From: Eledone cirrhosa
Lineage: Eukaryota
Direction: 5' to 3'
Assembly: GCA_964016885.1 (NCBI GenBank)
Contig: OZ024751.1
Coordinates: 1,674,001 to 1,738,000 of the forward strand
Length of the DNA: 64,000 bases
Of this stretch, positions 50,620-62,210 are shown piece after piece (the stretch's first letter is position 1; each line of letters begins with the position of its first letter). Under the pieces are notes generated by a model that saw only the letters and a program-made list of their open reading frames with translations, was not told where the DNA came from and did no database searches. The position numbers and the translations under genes were made by a program.

Positions 50620-53600
50620 GTTGTTGGTGTTGTTAGTGTTACTGTTGTTGGTGTTGTTGGTGTTACTGTTGTTGGTGTTGTTAGTGTTGCTGTTGTTGGT
50701 GTTGTTATTGTTACTGTTGTTGGTGTTGCTGGTGTTACTGTTGTTACTGTTGTTGGTGTTACTGTTGTTGGTGTTGTTTTTGTTGGTGTTGTTGGTTTTA
50801 CTGTTTTTGGTGTTGTTGGTGTTACCGTTGTTGGTGTTGGTGGTCTTACTGTTGTTGGTGTTGTTGGTATTACTGTTGTTGGTGTTGTTGGTGTTACTGT
50901 TGTTGGTGTTATTGGTGTTACTGTTGTTGGTGTTGTTGGTTTTACTGTTGTTGGTGTTGTTGGTTTTACTGTTGTTGGTGTTGTTGGTGTTACTGTTGTT
51001 GGTGTTGTTTTTGTTGGTGTTGGTGGTGTTGGTGTTACTGTTGTTGGTGTTGGTGGTCTTACTGTTGTTGGTGTTGTTGGTGTTACTGTTGTTGGTGTTG
51101 TTTTTGTTGGTGTTGGTGGTGTTGGTGTTGGTGGTCTTACTGTTGTTGGTGTTGTTGGTCTTACTGTTGTTGGTGTTGTTGGTGTTACTGTTGTTGGTGT
51201 TGTTTTTGTTGGTGTTGTTTTTGTTGGTGTTGGTGTTGTTGGTGTTGGTGGTCTTACTGTTGTTGGTGTTGTTGGTGTTACTGTTGTTGGTGTTGTTGGT
51301 GTTACTGTTGTTGGTGTTGTTGGTGTTACTGTTGTTGGTGTTGTTGGTGTTACTGTTGTTGGTGTTACTTTTGTTGGTGTTGTTTTTGTTGGTGTTGGTG
51401 GTGTTGGTTTTACTGTTGTTGGTGTTGGTGTTACCGTTGTTGGTGTTGGTGGTCTTACTGTTGTTGGTGTTGTTGGTATTACTGTTGTTGGTGTTGTTGG
51501 TGTTACTGTTGTTGGTGTTATTGGTGTTACTGTTGTTGGTGTTGTTGGTTTTACTGTTGTTGGTGTTGTTGGTGTTACTGTTGATGGTGTTGTTGGTGTT
51601 ACTGTTGTTGGTGTTGTTGGTGTTACTGTTGTTCGTGTTGTTGGTGTTACTGTTGTTGGTGTTGGTGTTACTGTTGTTGGTGTTGTTAGTGTTACTGTTG
51701 TTGGTGTTGGTGTTGGTGTTACTGTTGTTGGTGTTGTTGGTGTTACTGTTGTTGGTGTTGTTGGTGTTACTGTTGTGGTGTTGTTAGTGTTACTGTTGTT
51801 GGTGTTGTTAGTCTTACAGTTGTTGTTTTTGTTGGTGTTACTGTTGTTGGTGTTGTCAGTGTTACTGTTGTTGGTGTTGTTAGTGTTACTGTTGTTGGTG
51901 TTGTTGGTGTTACTGTTGTTGGTGTTGTTGGTCTTACTGCTGTTGGTGATGTTGGTGTTACTGTTGTTGGTGTTGTTGGTTTTACTGTTGTTGGTGTTGT
52001 TGGTGTTACTGTTGTTGGTGTTGTTTGTGTTACTGTTGTTGGTGTTGTTGGTGTTACTGTTGTTGGTGTTGTTGGTGTTACTGTTGTTGGTGTTGTTGGT
52101 GTTACTGCTTTGGTGTTGTTGGGGTTACTGTTGTTGGTGTTGTTGGTGTTACTGTTGTTGGTGTTGTTGGTGTTACTGTTGTTGGTGTTGGTGATGTTAC
52201 TGTTGTTGGTGTTGTTGGTGTTACTGTTATTGCTGTTACTGTTGTTGGTGTTGTTAGTGTTACTGTTGTTGGTGTTGTTAGTGTTACTGTTGTTGGTGTT
52301 GTTGGTGTTACTGTTGTTGGTGTTGTTAGTGTTGCTGTTGTTGGTGTTGTTATTGTTACTGTTGTTGGTGTTGCTGGTGTTACTGTTGTTGGTGTTGTTG
52401 GTGTTACTGCTGTTGGTGTTGTTGGTGTTACTGTTGTTGGTGTTGTTGGTGTTACTGTTGTTGGTGTTATTAGTGTTACTGTTGTTGGTGTTGTTAGTGT
52501 TATTGTTGTTGGTGTTGTTAGTGTTACTGTTGTTGGTGTTGTTGGTGTTACTGTTGTTGGTGTTGTTAGTGTTGCTGTTGTTGGTGTTGTTATTGTTACT
52601 GTTGTTGGTGTTGCTGGTGTTACTGTTGTTACTGTTGTTGGTGTTACTGTTGTTGGTGTTGTTTTTGTTGGTGTTGTTGGTTTTACTGTTTTTGGTGTTG
52701 TTGGTGTTACCGTTGTTGGTGTTGGTGGTCTTACTGTTGTTGGTGTTGTTGGTATTACTGTTGTTGGTGTTGTTGGTGTTACTGTTGTTGGTGTTATTGG
52801 TGTTACTGTTGTTGGTGTTGTTGGTTTTACTGTTGTTGGTGTTGTTGGTTTTACTGTTGTTGGTGTTGTTGGTGTTACTATTGTTGGTGTTGTTTTTGTT
52901 GGTGTTGGTGGTGTTGGTGTTACTGTTGTTGGTGTTGGTGGTCTTACTGTTGTTGGTGTTGTTGGTGTTACTGTTGTTGGTGTTGTTTTTGTTGGTGTTG
53001 GTGGTGTTGGTGTTGGTGGTCTTACTGTTGTTGGTGTTGTTGGTCTTACTGTTGTTGGTGTTGTTGGTGTTACTGTTGTTGGTGTTGTTTTTGTTGGTGT
53101 TGTTTTTGTTGGTGTTGGTGTTGTTGGTGTTGGTGGTCTTACTGTTGTTGGTGTTGTTGGTGTTACTGTTGTTGGTGTTGTTGGTGTTACTGTTGTTGGT
53201 GTTGTTGGTGTTACTGTTGTTGGTGTTGTTGGTGTTACTGTTGTTGGTGTTGTTGGTGTTACTGTTGTTGGTGTTGTTGGTGTTACTGTTGTTGGTGTTA
53301 CTTTTGTTGGTGTTGTTTTTGTTGGTGTTGGTGGTGTTGGTTTTACTGTTGTTGGTGTTGGTGTTACCGTTGTTGGTGTTGGTGGTCTTACTGTTGTTGG
53401 TGTTGTTGGTATTACTGTTGTTGGTGTTGTTGGTGTTACTGTTGTTGGTGTTATTGGTGTTACTGTTGTTGGTGTTGTTGGTTTTACTGTTGTTGGTGTT
53501 GTTGGTGTTACTGTTGATGGTGTTGTTGGTGTTACTGTTGTTGGTGTTGTTGGTGTTACTGTTGTTCGTGTTGTTGGTGTTACTGTTGTTGGTGTTGGTG

Positions 53601-54170
53601 TTACTGTTGTTGGTGTTGTTAGTGTTACTGTTGTTGGTGTTGGTGTTGGTGTTACTGTTGTTGGTGTTGTTGGTGTTACTGTTGTTGGTGTTGTTGGTGT
53701 TACTGTTGTGGTGTTGTTAGTGTTACTGTTGTTGGTGTTGTTAGTCTTACAGTTGTTGTTTTTGTTGGTGTTACTGTTGTTGGTGTTGTCAGTGTTACTG
53801 TTGTTGGTGTTGTTAGTGTTACTGTTGTTGGTGTTGTTGGTGTTACTGTTGTTGGTGTTGTTGGTCTTACTGCTGTTGGTGATGTTGGTGTTACTGTTGT
53901 TGGTGTTGTTGGTTTTACTGTTGTTGGTGTTGTTGGTGTTACTGTTGTTGGTGTTGTTTGTGTTACTGTTGTTGGTGTTGTTGGTGTTACTGTTGTTGGT
54001 GTTGTTGGTGTTACTGTTGTTGGTGTTGTTGGTGTTACTGCTTTGGTGTTGTTGGGGTTACTGTTGTTGGTGTTGTTGGTGTTACTGTTGTTGGTGTTGT
54101 TGGTGTTACTGTTGTTGGTGTTGGTGATGTTACTGTTGTTGGTGTTGTTGGTGTTACTGTTATTGCTGTT
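50620..54170. repeat. Higher-order tandem duplication, period ~1.9 kb (1933 bp in the distal part)
   Basis: 'gcttt' at 52107/54040; shared 'agtcttacagtt' and 'attgctgtt' variants; ORF pair 52025/53958. Confidence 0.82.
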
Positions 54171-55129
54171 ACTGTTGTTGGTGTTGGTGGTGTGACTGTT
54201 GTTGGTGTTGTTGGTGTTACTGTTGTTGGTGTTGTTAGTGTTACTGTTGTTGGTGTTGTTAGTGTTACTGTTGTTGGTGTTGTTGGTGTTACTGTTGTTG
54301 GTGTTGTTAGTGTTGCTGTTGTTGGTGTTGTTATTGTTACTGTTGTTGGTGTTGCTGGTGTTACTGTTGTTGGTGTTGTTGGTGTTACTGCTGTTGGTGT
54401 TGTTGGTGTTACTGTTGTTGGTGTTGTTGGTGTTACTGTTGTTGGTGTTATTAGTGTTACTGTTGTTGGTGTTGTTAGTGTTATTGTTGTTGGTGTTGTT
54501 AGTGTTACTGTTGTTGGTGTTGTTGGTGTTACTGTTGTTGGTGTTGTTAGTGTTACTGTTGTTGGTGTTGTTAGTGTTACTGTTGTTGGTGTTGTTGGTG
54601 TTACTGTTGTTGGTGTTGTTGGTGTTACTGTTGTTGCTGTTGTTAGTGTTACTGTTGTTGGTGTTGTTGGTGTTACTGTTGTTGGTGTTGTTAGTGTTAC
54701 TGTTGTTGGTGTTGTTTTTGTTGGTGTTGGTGGTGTTGGTGTTACTGTTGTTGGTGTTGGTGGTCTTACTCTTGTTGGTGTTGTTGATGTTACTGTTGTT
54801 GGTGTTGTTTTTGTTGGTGTTGTTTTTGTTGGTGTTGGTGGTGTTGGTGTTACTGTTGTTGGTGTTGGTGGTCTTACTGTTGTTGGTGTTGTTGGTGTTA
54901 CTGTTGTTGGTGTTGTTGGTGTTACTGTTGTTGGTGTTGTTGGTGTTACTGTTGTTGGTGTTGTTGGTGTTACTGTTGTTGGTGTTACTGTTGTTGGTGT
55001 TGTTTTTGTTGGTGTTGGTGGTGTTGGTTTTACTGTTGTTGGTGTTGTTGGTGTTACCGTTGTTGGTGTTGGTGGTCTTACTGTTGTTGGTGTTGTTGGT
55101 ATTACTGTTGTTGGTGTTGTTGGTGTTAC

Positions 55130-58100
55130 TGTTGTTGGTGTTGTTGGTGTTACTGTTGTTGGTGTTGTTGGTTTCACTGTTGTTGGTGTTGTTGGTGTTA
55201 CTGTTGATGGTGTTGTTGGTGTTACTGTTGTTGGTGTTGTTGGTGTTACTGTTGTTGTTGTTGTTGTTGGTGTTACTGTTGTTGGTGTTGGTGATACTGT
55301 TGTTGGTCTTGTTAGTGTTACTGTTGTTGGTGTTGGTGTTGGTGTTACTGTTGTTGGTGTTGTTGGTGTTACTGTTGTTGGTGTTGTTGGTGTTACTGTT
55401 GTGGTGTTGTTAGTGTTACTGTTGTTGGTGTTGTTAGTGTTACTGTTGTTGTTTTTGTTGGTGTTACTGTTGTTGGTGTTGTCAGTGTTACTGTTGTTGG
55501 TGTTGTTAGTGTTACTGTTGTTGGTGTTGTTGGTGTTACTGTTGTTGGTGTTGTTGGTCTTACTGTTGTTGGTGATGTTGGTGTTACTGTTGTTGGTGTT
55601 GTTGGTTTTACTGTTGTTGGTGTTGTTGGTGTTACTGTTGTTGGTGTTGTTGGTTTTACTGTTGTTGGTGTTGTTGGTGTTACTGTTGTTGGTGTTGTTG
55701 GTGTTACTGTTGTTGGTGTTGTTAGTATTACTGTTGTTGGTGTTGGTGGTGTTACTGTTGTTGGTGTTGTTGGTGTTACTGTTGTTGGTGTTGTTGGTGT
55801 TACTGTTGTTGGTGTTGCTAGTGTTACTGTTGTTGGTGTTGTTGGTGTTACTGTTGTTGGTGTTGTTGGTGTTACTGTTGTTGGTGTTGGTGGTGTTACT
55901 GTTGTTGGTGTTGTTAGTATTACTGTTGTTGGTGTTGGTGGTGTTACTGTTGTTGGTGTTGTTGGTGTTACTGTTGTTGGTGTTGTTAGTATTACTGTTG
56001 TTGGTTTTGGTGGTGTTACTGTTGTTGGTGTTGTTGGTGTTAATGTTGTTGGTGTTGTTGGAGTTACTGTTGTTGGTGTTGTTAGTGTTACTGTTGTTGG
56101 TGTTGTTGGTGTTAATGTTGTTGGTGTTGGTGGTGTTACTGTTGTTGGTGTTGTTTGTTTTACTGTTGTTGGTGTTGTTTGTGTTACTGTTGTTGGTGTT
56201 GGTGGTGTTACTGTTGTTGGTGTTTTTAGTGTTACTCTTGTTGGTGTTGTTTGTGTTATTGTTGTTGGTGTTGGTGGTGTTACTGTTGTTGGTAGTGTTG
56301 GTGTTACTGTTGTTGGTGTTCTTGGTGTTACTATTATTGGTGTTGGTGGTGTTACTGTTGTTGGTGTTGTTGGTGTTACTGTTGTTGGTGTTGTTGGTGT
56401 TACTGTTGTTGATGTTGTTTGTGTTACTGTTGTTGATGGTGTTGGTGTTACTGTTGTTGGTGTTGTTAGTGTTACTGTTGTTGGTGATGTTGGTGTTACT
56501 GATGTTGGTGTTGTTAGTGTTACTGTTGTTGGTGTTGGTGTTACTGTTGTTGGTGTTGTTAGTGTTACTGTTGTTGGTGTTGTTAGTGTTACTGTTGTTG
56601 GTGTTGTTAGTGTTACTGTTGTTGGTGTTGTTGGTGTTACTGTTGTTGGTGTTGTTAGTGTTGCTGTTGTTGGTGTTGTTATTGTTACTGTTGTTGGTGT
56701 TGCTGGTGTTACTGTTGTTACTGTTGTTGGTGTTACTGTTGTTGGTGTTGTTTTTGTTGGTGTTGTTGGTTTTACTGTTGTTGGTGTTGTTGGTGTTACC
56801 GTTGTTGGTGTTGGTGGTCTTACTGTTGTTGGTGTTGTTGGTATTACTGTTGTTGGTGTTGTTGGTGTTACTGTTGTTGGTGTTATTGGTGTTACTGTTG
56901 TTGGTGTTGTTGGTTTTACTGTTGTTGGTGTTGTTGGTTTTACTGTTGTTGGTGTTGTTGGTGTTACTGTTGTTGGTGTTGTTTTTGTTGGTGTTGGTGG
57001 TGTTGGTGTTACTGTTGTTGGTGTTGGTGGTCTTACTGTTGTTGGTGTTGTTGGTGTTACTGTTGTTGGTGTTGTTTTTGTTGGTGTTGGTGGTGTTGGT
57101 GTTGGTGGTCTTACTGTTGTTGGTGTTGTTGGTCTTACTGTTGTTGGTGTTGTTGGTGTTACTGTTGTTGGTGTTGTTTTTGTTGGTGTTGTTTTTGTTG
57201 GTGTTGGTGTTGTTGGTGTTGGTGGTCTTACTGTTGTTGGTGTTGTTGGTGTTACTGTTGTTGGTGTTGTTGGTGTTACTGTTGTTGGTGTTGTTGGTGT
57301 TACTGTTGTTGGTGTTGTTGGTGTTACTGTTGTTGGTGTTACTTTTGTTGGTGTTGTTTTTGTTGGTGTTGGTGGTGTTGGTTTTACTGTTGTTGGTGTT
57401 GGTGTTACCGTTGTTGGTGTTGGTGGTCTTACTGTTGTTGGTGTTGTTGGTATTACTGTTGTTGGTGTTGTTGGTGTTACTGTTGTTGGTGTTATTGGTG
57501 TTACTGTTGTTGGTGTTGTTGGTTTTATTGTTGTTGGTGTTGTTGGTGTTACTGTTGATGGTGTTGTTGGTGTTACTGTTGTTGGTGTTGTTGGTGTTAC
57601 TGTTGTTCGTGTTGTTGGTGTTACTGTTGTTCGTGTTGGTGTTACTGTTGTTGGTGTTGTTAGTGTTACTGTTGTTGGTGTTGGTGTTGGTGTTACTGTT
57701 GTTGGTGTTGTTGGTGTTACTGTTGTTGGTGTTGTTGGTGTTACTGTTGTGGTGTTGTTAGTGTTACTGTTGTTGGTGTTGTTAGTCTTACAGTTGTTGT
57801 TTTTGTTGGTGTTACTGTTGTTGGTGTTGTCAGTGTTACTGTTGTTGGTGTTGTTAGTGTTACTGTTGTTGGTGTTGTTGGTGTTACTGTTGTTGGTGTT
57901 GTTGGTCTTACTGCTGTTGGTGATGTTGGTGTTACTGTTGTTGGTGTTGTTGGTTTTACTGTTGTTGGTGTTGTTGGTGTTACTGTTGTTGGTGTTGTTT
58001 GTGTTACTGTTGTTGGTGTTGTTGGTGTTACTGTTGTTGGTGTTGTTGGTGTTACTGTTGTTGGTGTTGTTGGTGTTACTGCTTTGGTGTTGTTGGGGTT

Positions 58101-61100
58101 ACTGTTGTTGGTGTTGTTGGTGTTACTGTTGTTGGTGTTGTTGGTGTTACTGTTGTTGGTGTTGGTGATGTTACTGTTGTTGGTGTTGTTGGTGTTACTG
58201 TTATTGGTGTTACTGTTGTTGGTGTTGGTGTTGGTGTTACTGTTGTTGGTGTTGTTGGTGTTACTGTTGTTGGTGTTGTTGGTGTTACTGTTGTGGTGTT
58301 GTTAGTGTTACTGTTGTTGGTGTTGTTAGTCTTACAGTTGTTGTTTTTGTTGGTGTTACTGTTGTTGGTGTTGTCAGTGTTACTGTTGTTGGTGTTGTTA
58401 GTGTTACTGTTGTTGGTGTTGTTGGTGTTACTGTTGTTGGTGTTGTTGGTCTTACTGCTGTTGGTGATGTTGGTGTTACTGTTGTTGGTGTTGTTGGTTT
58501 TACTGTTGTTGGTGTTGTTGGTGTTACTGTTGTTGGTGTTGTTTGTGTTACTGTTGTTGGTGTTGTTGGTGTTACTGTTGTTGGTGTTGTTGGTGTTACT
58601 GTTGTTGGTGTTGTTGGTGTTACTGCTTTGGTGTTGTTGGGGTTACTGTTGTTGGTGTTACTGTTGTTGGTGTTGTTGGTGTTACTGTTGTTGGTGTTGT
58701 TGGTTTCACTGTTGTTGGTGTTGTTGGTGTTACTGTTGATGGTGTTGTTGGTGTTACTGTTGTTGGTGTTGTTGGTGTTACTGTTGTTGTTGTTGTTGTT
58801 GGTGTTACTGTTGTTGGTGTTGGTGATACTGTTGTTGGTCTTGTTAGTGTTACTGTTGTTGGTGTTGGTGTTGGTGTTACTGTTGTTGGTGTTGTTGGTG
58901 TTACTGTTGTTGGTGTTGTTGGTGTTACTGTTGTGGTGTTGTTAGTGTTACTATTGTTGGTGTTGTTAGTGTTACTGTTGTTGTTTTTGTTGGTGTTACT
59001 GTTGTTGGTGTTGTCAGTGTTACTGTTGTTGGTGTTGTTAGTGTTACTGTTGTTGGTGTTGTTGGTGTTACTGTTGTTGGTGTTGTTGGTCTTACTGTTG
59101 TTGGTGATGTTGGTGTTACTGTTGTTGGTGTTGTTGGTTTTACTGTTGTTGGTGTTGTTGGTGTTACTGTTGTTGGTGTTGTTGGTTTTACTGTTGTTGG
59201 TGTTGTTGGTGTTACTGTTGTTGGTGTTGTTGGTGTTACTGTTGTTGGTGTTGTTAGTATTACTGTTGTTGGTGTTGGTGGTGTTACTGTTGTTGGTGTT
59301 GTTGGTGTTACTGTTGTTGGTGTTGTTGGTGTTACTGTTGTTGGTGTTGCTAGTGTTACTGTTGTTGGTGTTGTTGGTGTTACTGTTGTTGGTGTTGTTG
59401 GTGTTACTGTTGTTGGTGTTGGTGGTGTTACTGTTGTTGGTGTTGTTAGTATTACTGTTGTTGGTGTTGGTGGTGTTACTGTTGTTGGTGTTGTTGGTGT
59501 TACTGTTGTTGGTGTTGTTAGTATTACTGTTGTTGGTTTTGGTGGTGTTACTGTTGTTGGTGTTGTTGGTGTTAATGTTGTTGGTGTTGTTGGAGTTACT
59601 GTTGTTGGTGTTGTTAGTGTTACTGTTGTTGGTGTTGTTGGTGTTAATGTTGTTGGTGTTGGTGGTGTTACTGTTGTTGGTGTTGTTTGTTTTACTGTTG
59701 TTGGTGTTGTTTGTGTTACTGTTGTTGGTGTTGGTGGTGTTACTGTTGTTGGTGTTTTTAGTGTTACTCTTGTTGGTGTTGTTTGTGTTATTGTTGTTGG
59801 TGTTGGTGGTGTTACTGTTGTTGGTAGTGTTGGTGTTACTGTTGTTGGTGTTCTTGGTGTTACTATTATTGGTGTTGGTGGTGTTACTGTTGTTGGTGTT
59901 GTTGGTGTTACTGTTGTTGGTGTTGTTGGTGTTACTGTTGTTGATGTTGTTTGTGTTACTGTTGTTGATGGTGTTGGTGTTACTGTTGTTGGTGTTGTTA
60001 GTGTTACTGTTGTTGGTGATGTTGGTGTTACTGTTGTTGGTGTTGTTAGTGTTACTGTTGTTGGTGTTGGTGTTACTGTTGTTGGTGTTGTTAGTGTTAC
60101 TGTTGTTGGTGTTGTTAGTGTTACTGTTGTTGGTGTTGTTAGTGTTACTGTTGTTGGTGTTGTTGGTGTTACTGTTGTTGGTGTTGTTAGTGTTGCTGTT
60201 GTTGGTGTTGTTATTGTTACTGTTGTTGGTGTTGCTGGTGTTACTGTTGTTACTGTTGTTGGTGTTACTGTTGTTGGTGTTGTTTTTGTTGGTGTTGTTG
60301 GTTTTACTGTTGTTGGTGTTGTTGGTGTTACCGTTGTTGGTGTTGGTGGTCTTACTGTTGTTGGTGTTGTTGGTATTACTGTTGTTGGTGTTGTTGGTGT
60401 TACTGTTGTTGGTGTTATTGGTGTTACTGTTGTTGGTGTTGTTGGTTTTACTGTTGTTGGTGTTGTTGGTTTTACTGTTGTTGGTGTTGTTGGTGTTACT
60501 GTTGTTGGTGTTGTTTTTGTTGGTGTTGGTGGTGTTGGTGTTACTGTTGTTGGTGTTGGTGGTCTTACTGTTGTTGGTGTTGTTGGTGTTACTGTTGTTG
60601 GTGTTGTTTTTGTTGGTGTTGGTGGTGTTGGTGTTGGTGGTCTTACTGTTGTTGGTGTTGTTGGTCTTACTGTTGTTGGTGTTGTTGGTGTTACTGTTGT
60701 TGGTGTTGTTTTTGTTGGTGTTGTTTTTGTTGGTGTTGGTGTTGTTGGTGTTGGTGGTCTTACTGTTGTTGGTGTTGTTGGTGTTACTGTTGTTGGTGTT
60801 GTTGGTGTTACTGTTGTTGGTGTTGTTGGTGTTACTGTTGTTGGTGTTGTTGGTGTTACTGTTGTTGGTGTTACTTTTGTTGGTGTTGTTTTTGTTGGTG
60901 TTGGTGGTGTTGGTTTTACTGTTGTTGGTGTTGGTGTTACCGTTGTTGGTGTTGGTGGTCTTACTGTTGTTGGTGTTGTTGGTATTACTGTTGTTGGTGT
61001 TGTTGGTGTTACTGTTGTTGGTGTTATTGGTGTTACTGTTGTTGGTGTTGTTGGTTTTACTGTTGTTGGTGTTGTTGGTGTTACTGTTGATGGTGTTGTT

Positions 61101-62210
61101 GGTGTTACTGTTGTTGGTGTTGTTGGTGTTACTGTTGTTCGTGTTGTTGGTGTTACTGTTGTTCGTGTTGGTGTTACTGTTGTTGGTGTTGTTAGTGTTA
61201 CTGTTGTTGGTGTTGGTGTTGGTGTTACTGTTGTTGGTGTTGTTGGTGTTACTGTTGTTGGTGTTGTTGGTGTTACTGTTGTGGTGTTGTTAGTGTTACT
61301 GTTGTTGGTGTTGTTAGTCTTACAGTTGTTGTTTTTGTTGGTGTTACTGTTGTTGGTGTTGTCAGTGTTACTGTTGTTGGTGTTGTTAGTGTTACTGTTG
61401 TTGGTGTTGTTGGTGTTACTGTTGTTGGTGTTGTTGGTCTTACTGCTGTTGGTGATGTTGGTGTTACTGTTGTTGGTGTTGTTGGTTTTACTGTTGTTGG
61501 TGTTGTTGGTGTTACTGTTGTTGGTGTTGTTTGTGTTACTGTTGTTGGTGTTGTTGGTGTTACTGTTGTTGGTGTTGTTGGTGTTACTGTTGTTGGTGTT
61601 GTTGGTGTTACTGCTTTGGTGTTGTTGGGGTTACTGTTGTTGGTGTTGTTGGTGTTACTGTTGTTGGTGTTGTTGGTGTTACTGTTGTTGGTGTTGGTGA
61701 TGTTACTGTTGTTGGTGTTGTTGGTGTTACTGTTATTGGTGTTACTGTTGTTGGTGTTGGTGTTGGTGTTACTGTTGTTGGTGTTGTTGGTGTTACTGTT
61801 GTTGGTGTTGTTGGTGTTACTGTTGTGGTGTTGTTAGTGTTACTGTTGTTGGTGTTGTTAGTCTTACAGTTGTTGTTTTTGTTGGTGTTACTGTTGTTGG
61901 TGTTGTCAGTGTTACTGTTGTTGGTGTTGTTAGTGTTACTGTTGTTGGTGTTGTTGGTGTTACTGTTGTTGGTGTTGTTGGTCTTACTGCTGTTGGTGAT
62001 GTTGGTGTTACTGTTGTTGGTGTTGTTGGTTTTACTGTTGTTGGTGTTGTTGGTGTTACTGTTGTTGGTGTTGTTTGTGTTACTGTTGTTGGTGTTGTTG
62101 GTGTTACTGTTGTTGGTGTTGTTGGTGTTACTGTTGTTGGTGTTGTTGGTGTTACTGCTTTGGTGTTGTTGGGGTTACTGTTGTTGGTGTTACTGTTGTT
62201 GGTGTTGTTG
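55130..62210. repeat. Near-perfect tandem duplication, period 3532 bp, each copy ending in a nested 544-bp duplication
   Basis: 'ttcact' C at 55175/58707; 'gcttt' at 58081/61613 and 58625/62157; ORF pairs 57749/61281 and 57999/61531. Confidence 0.93.
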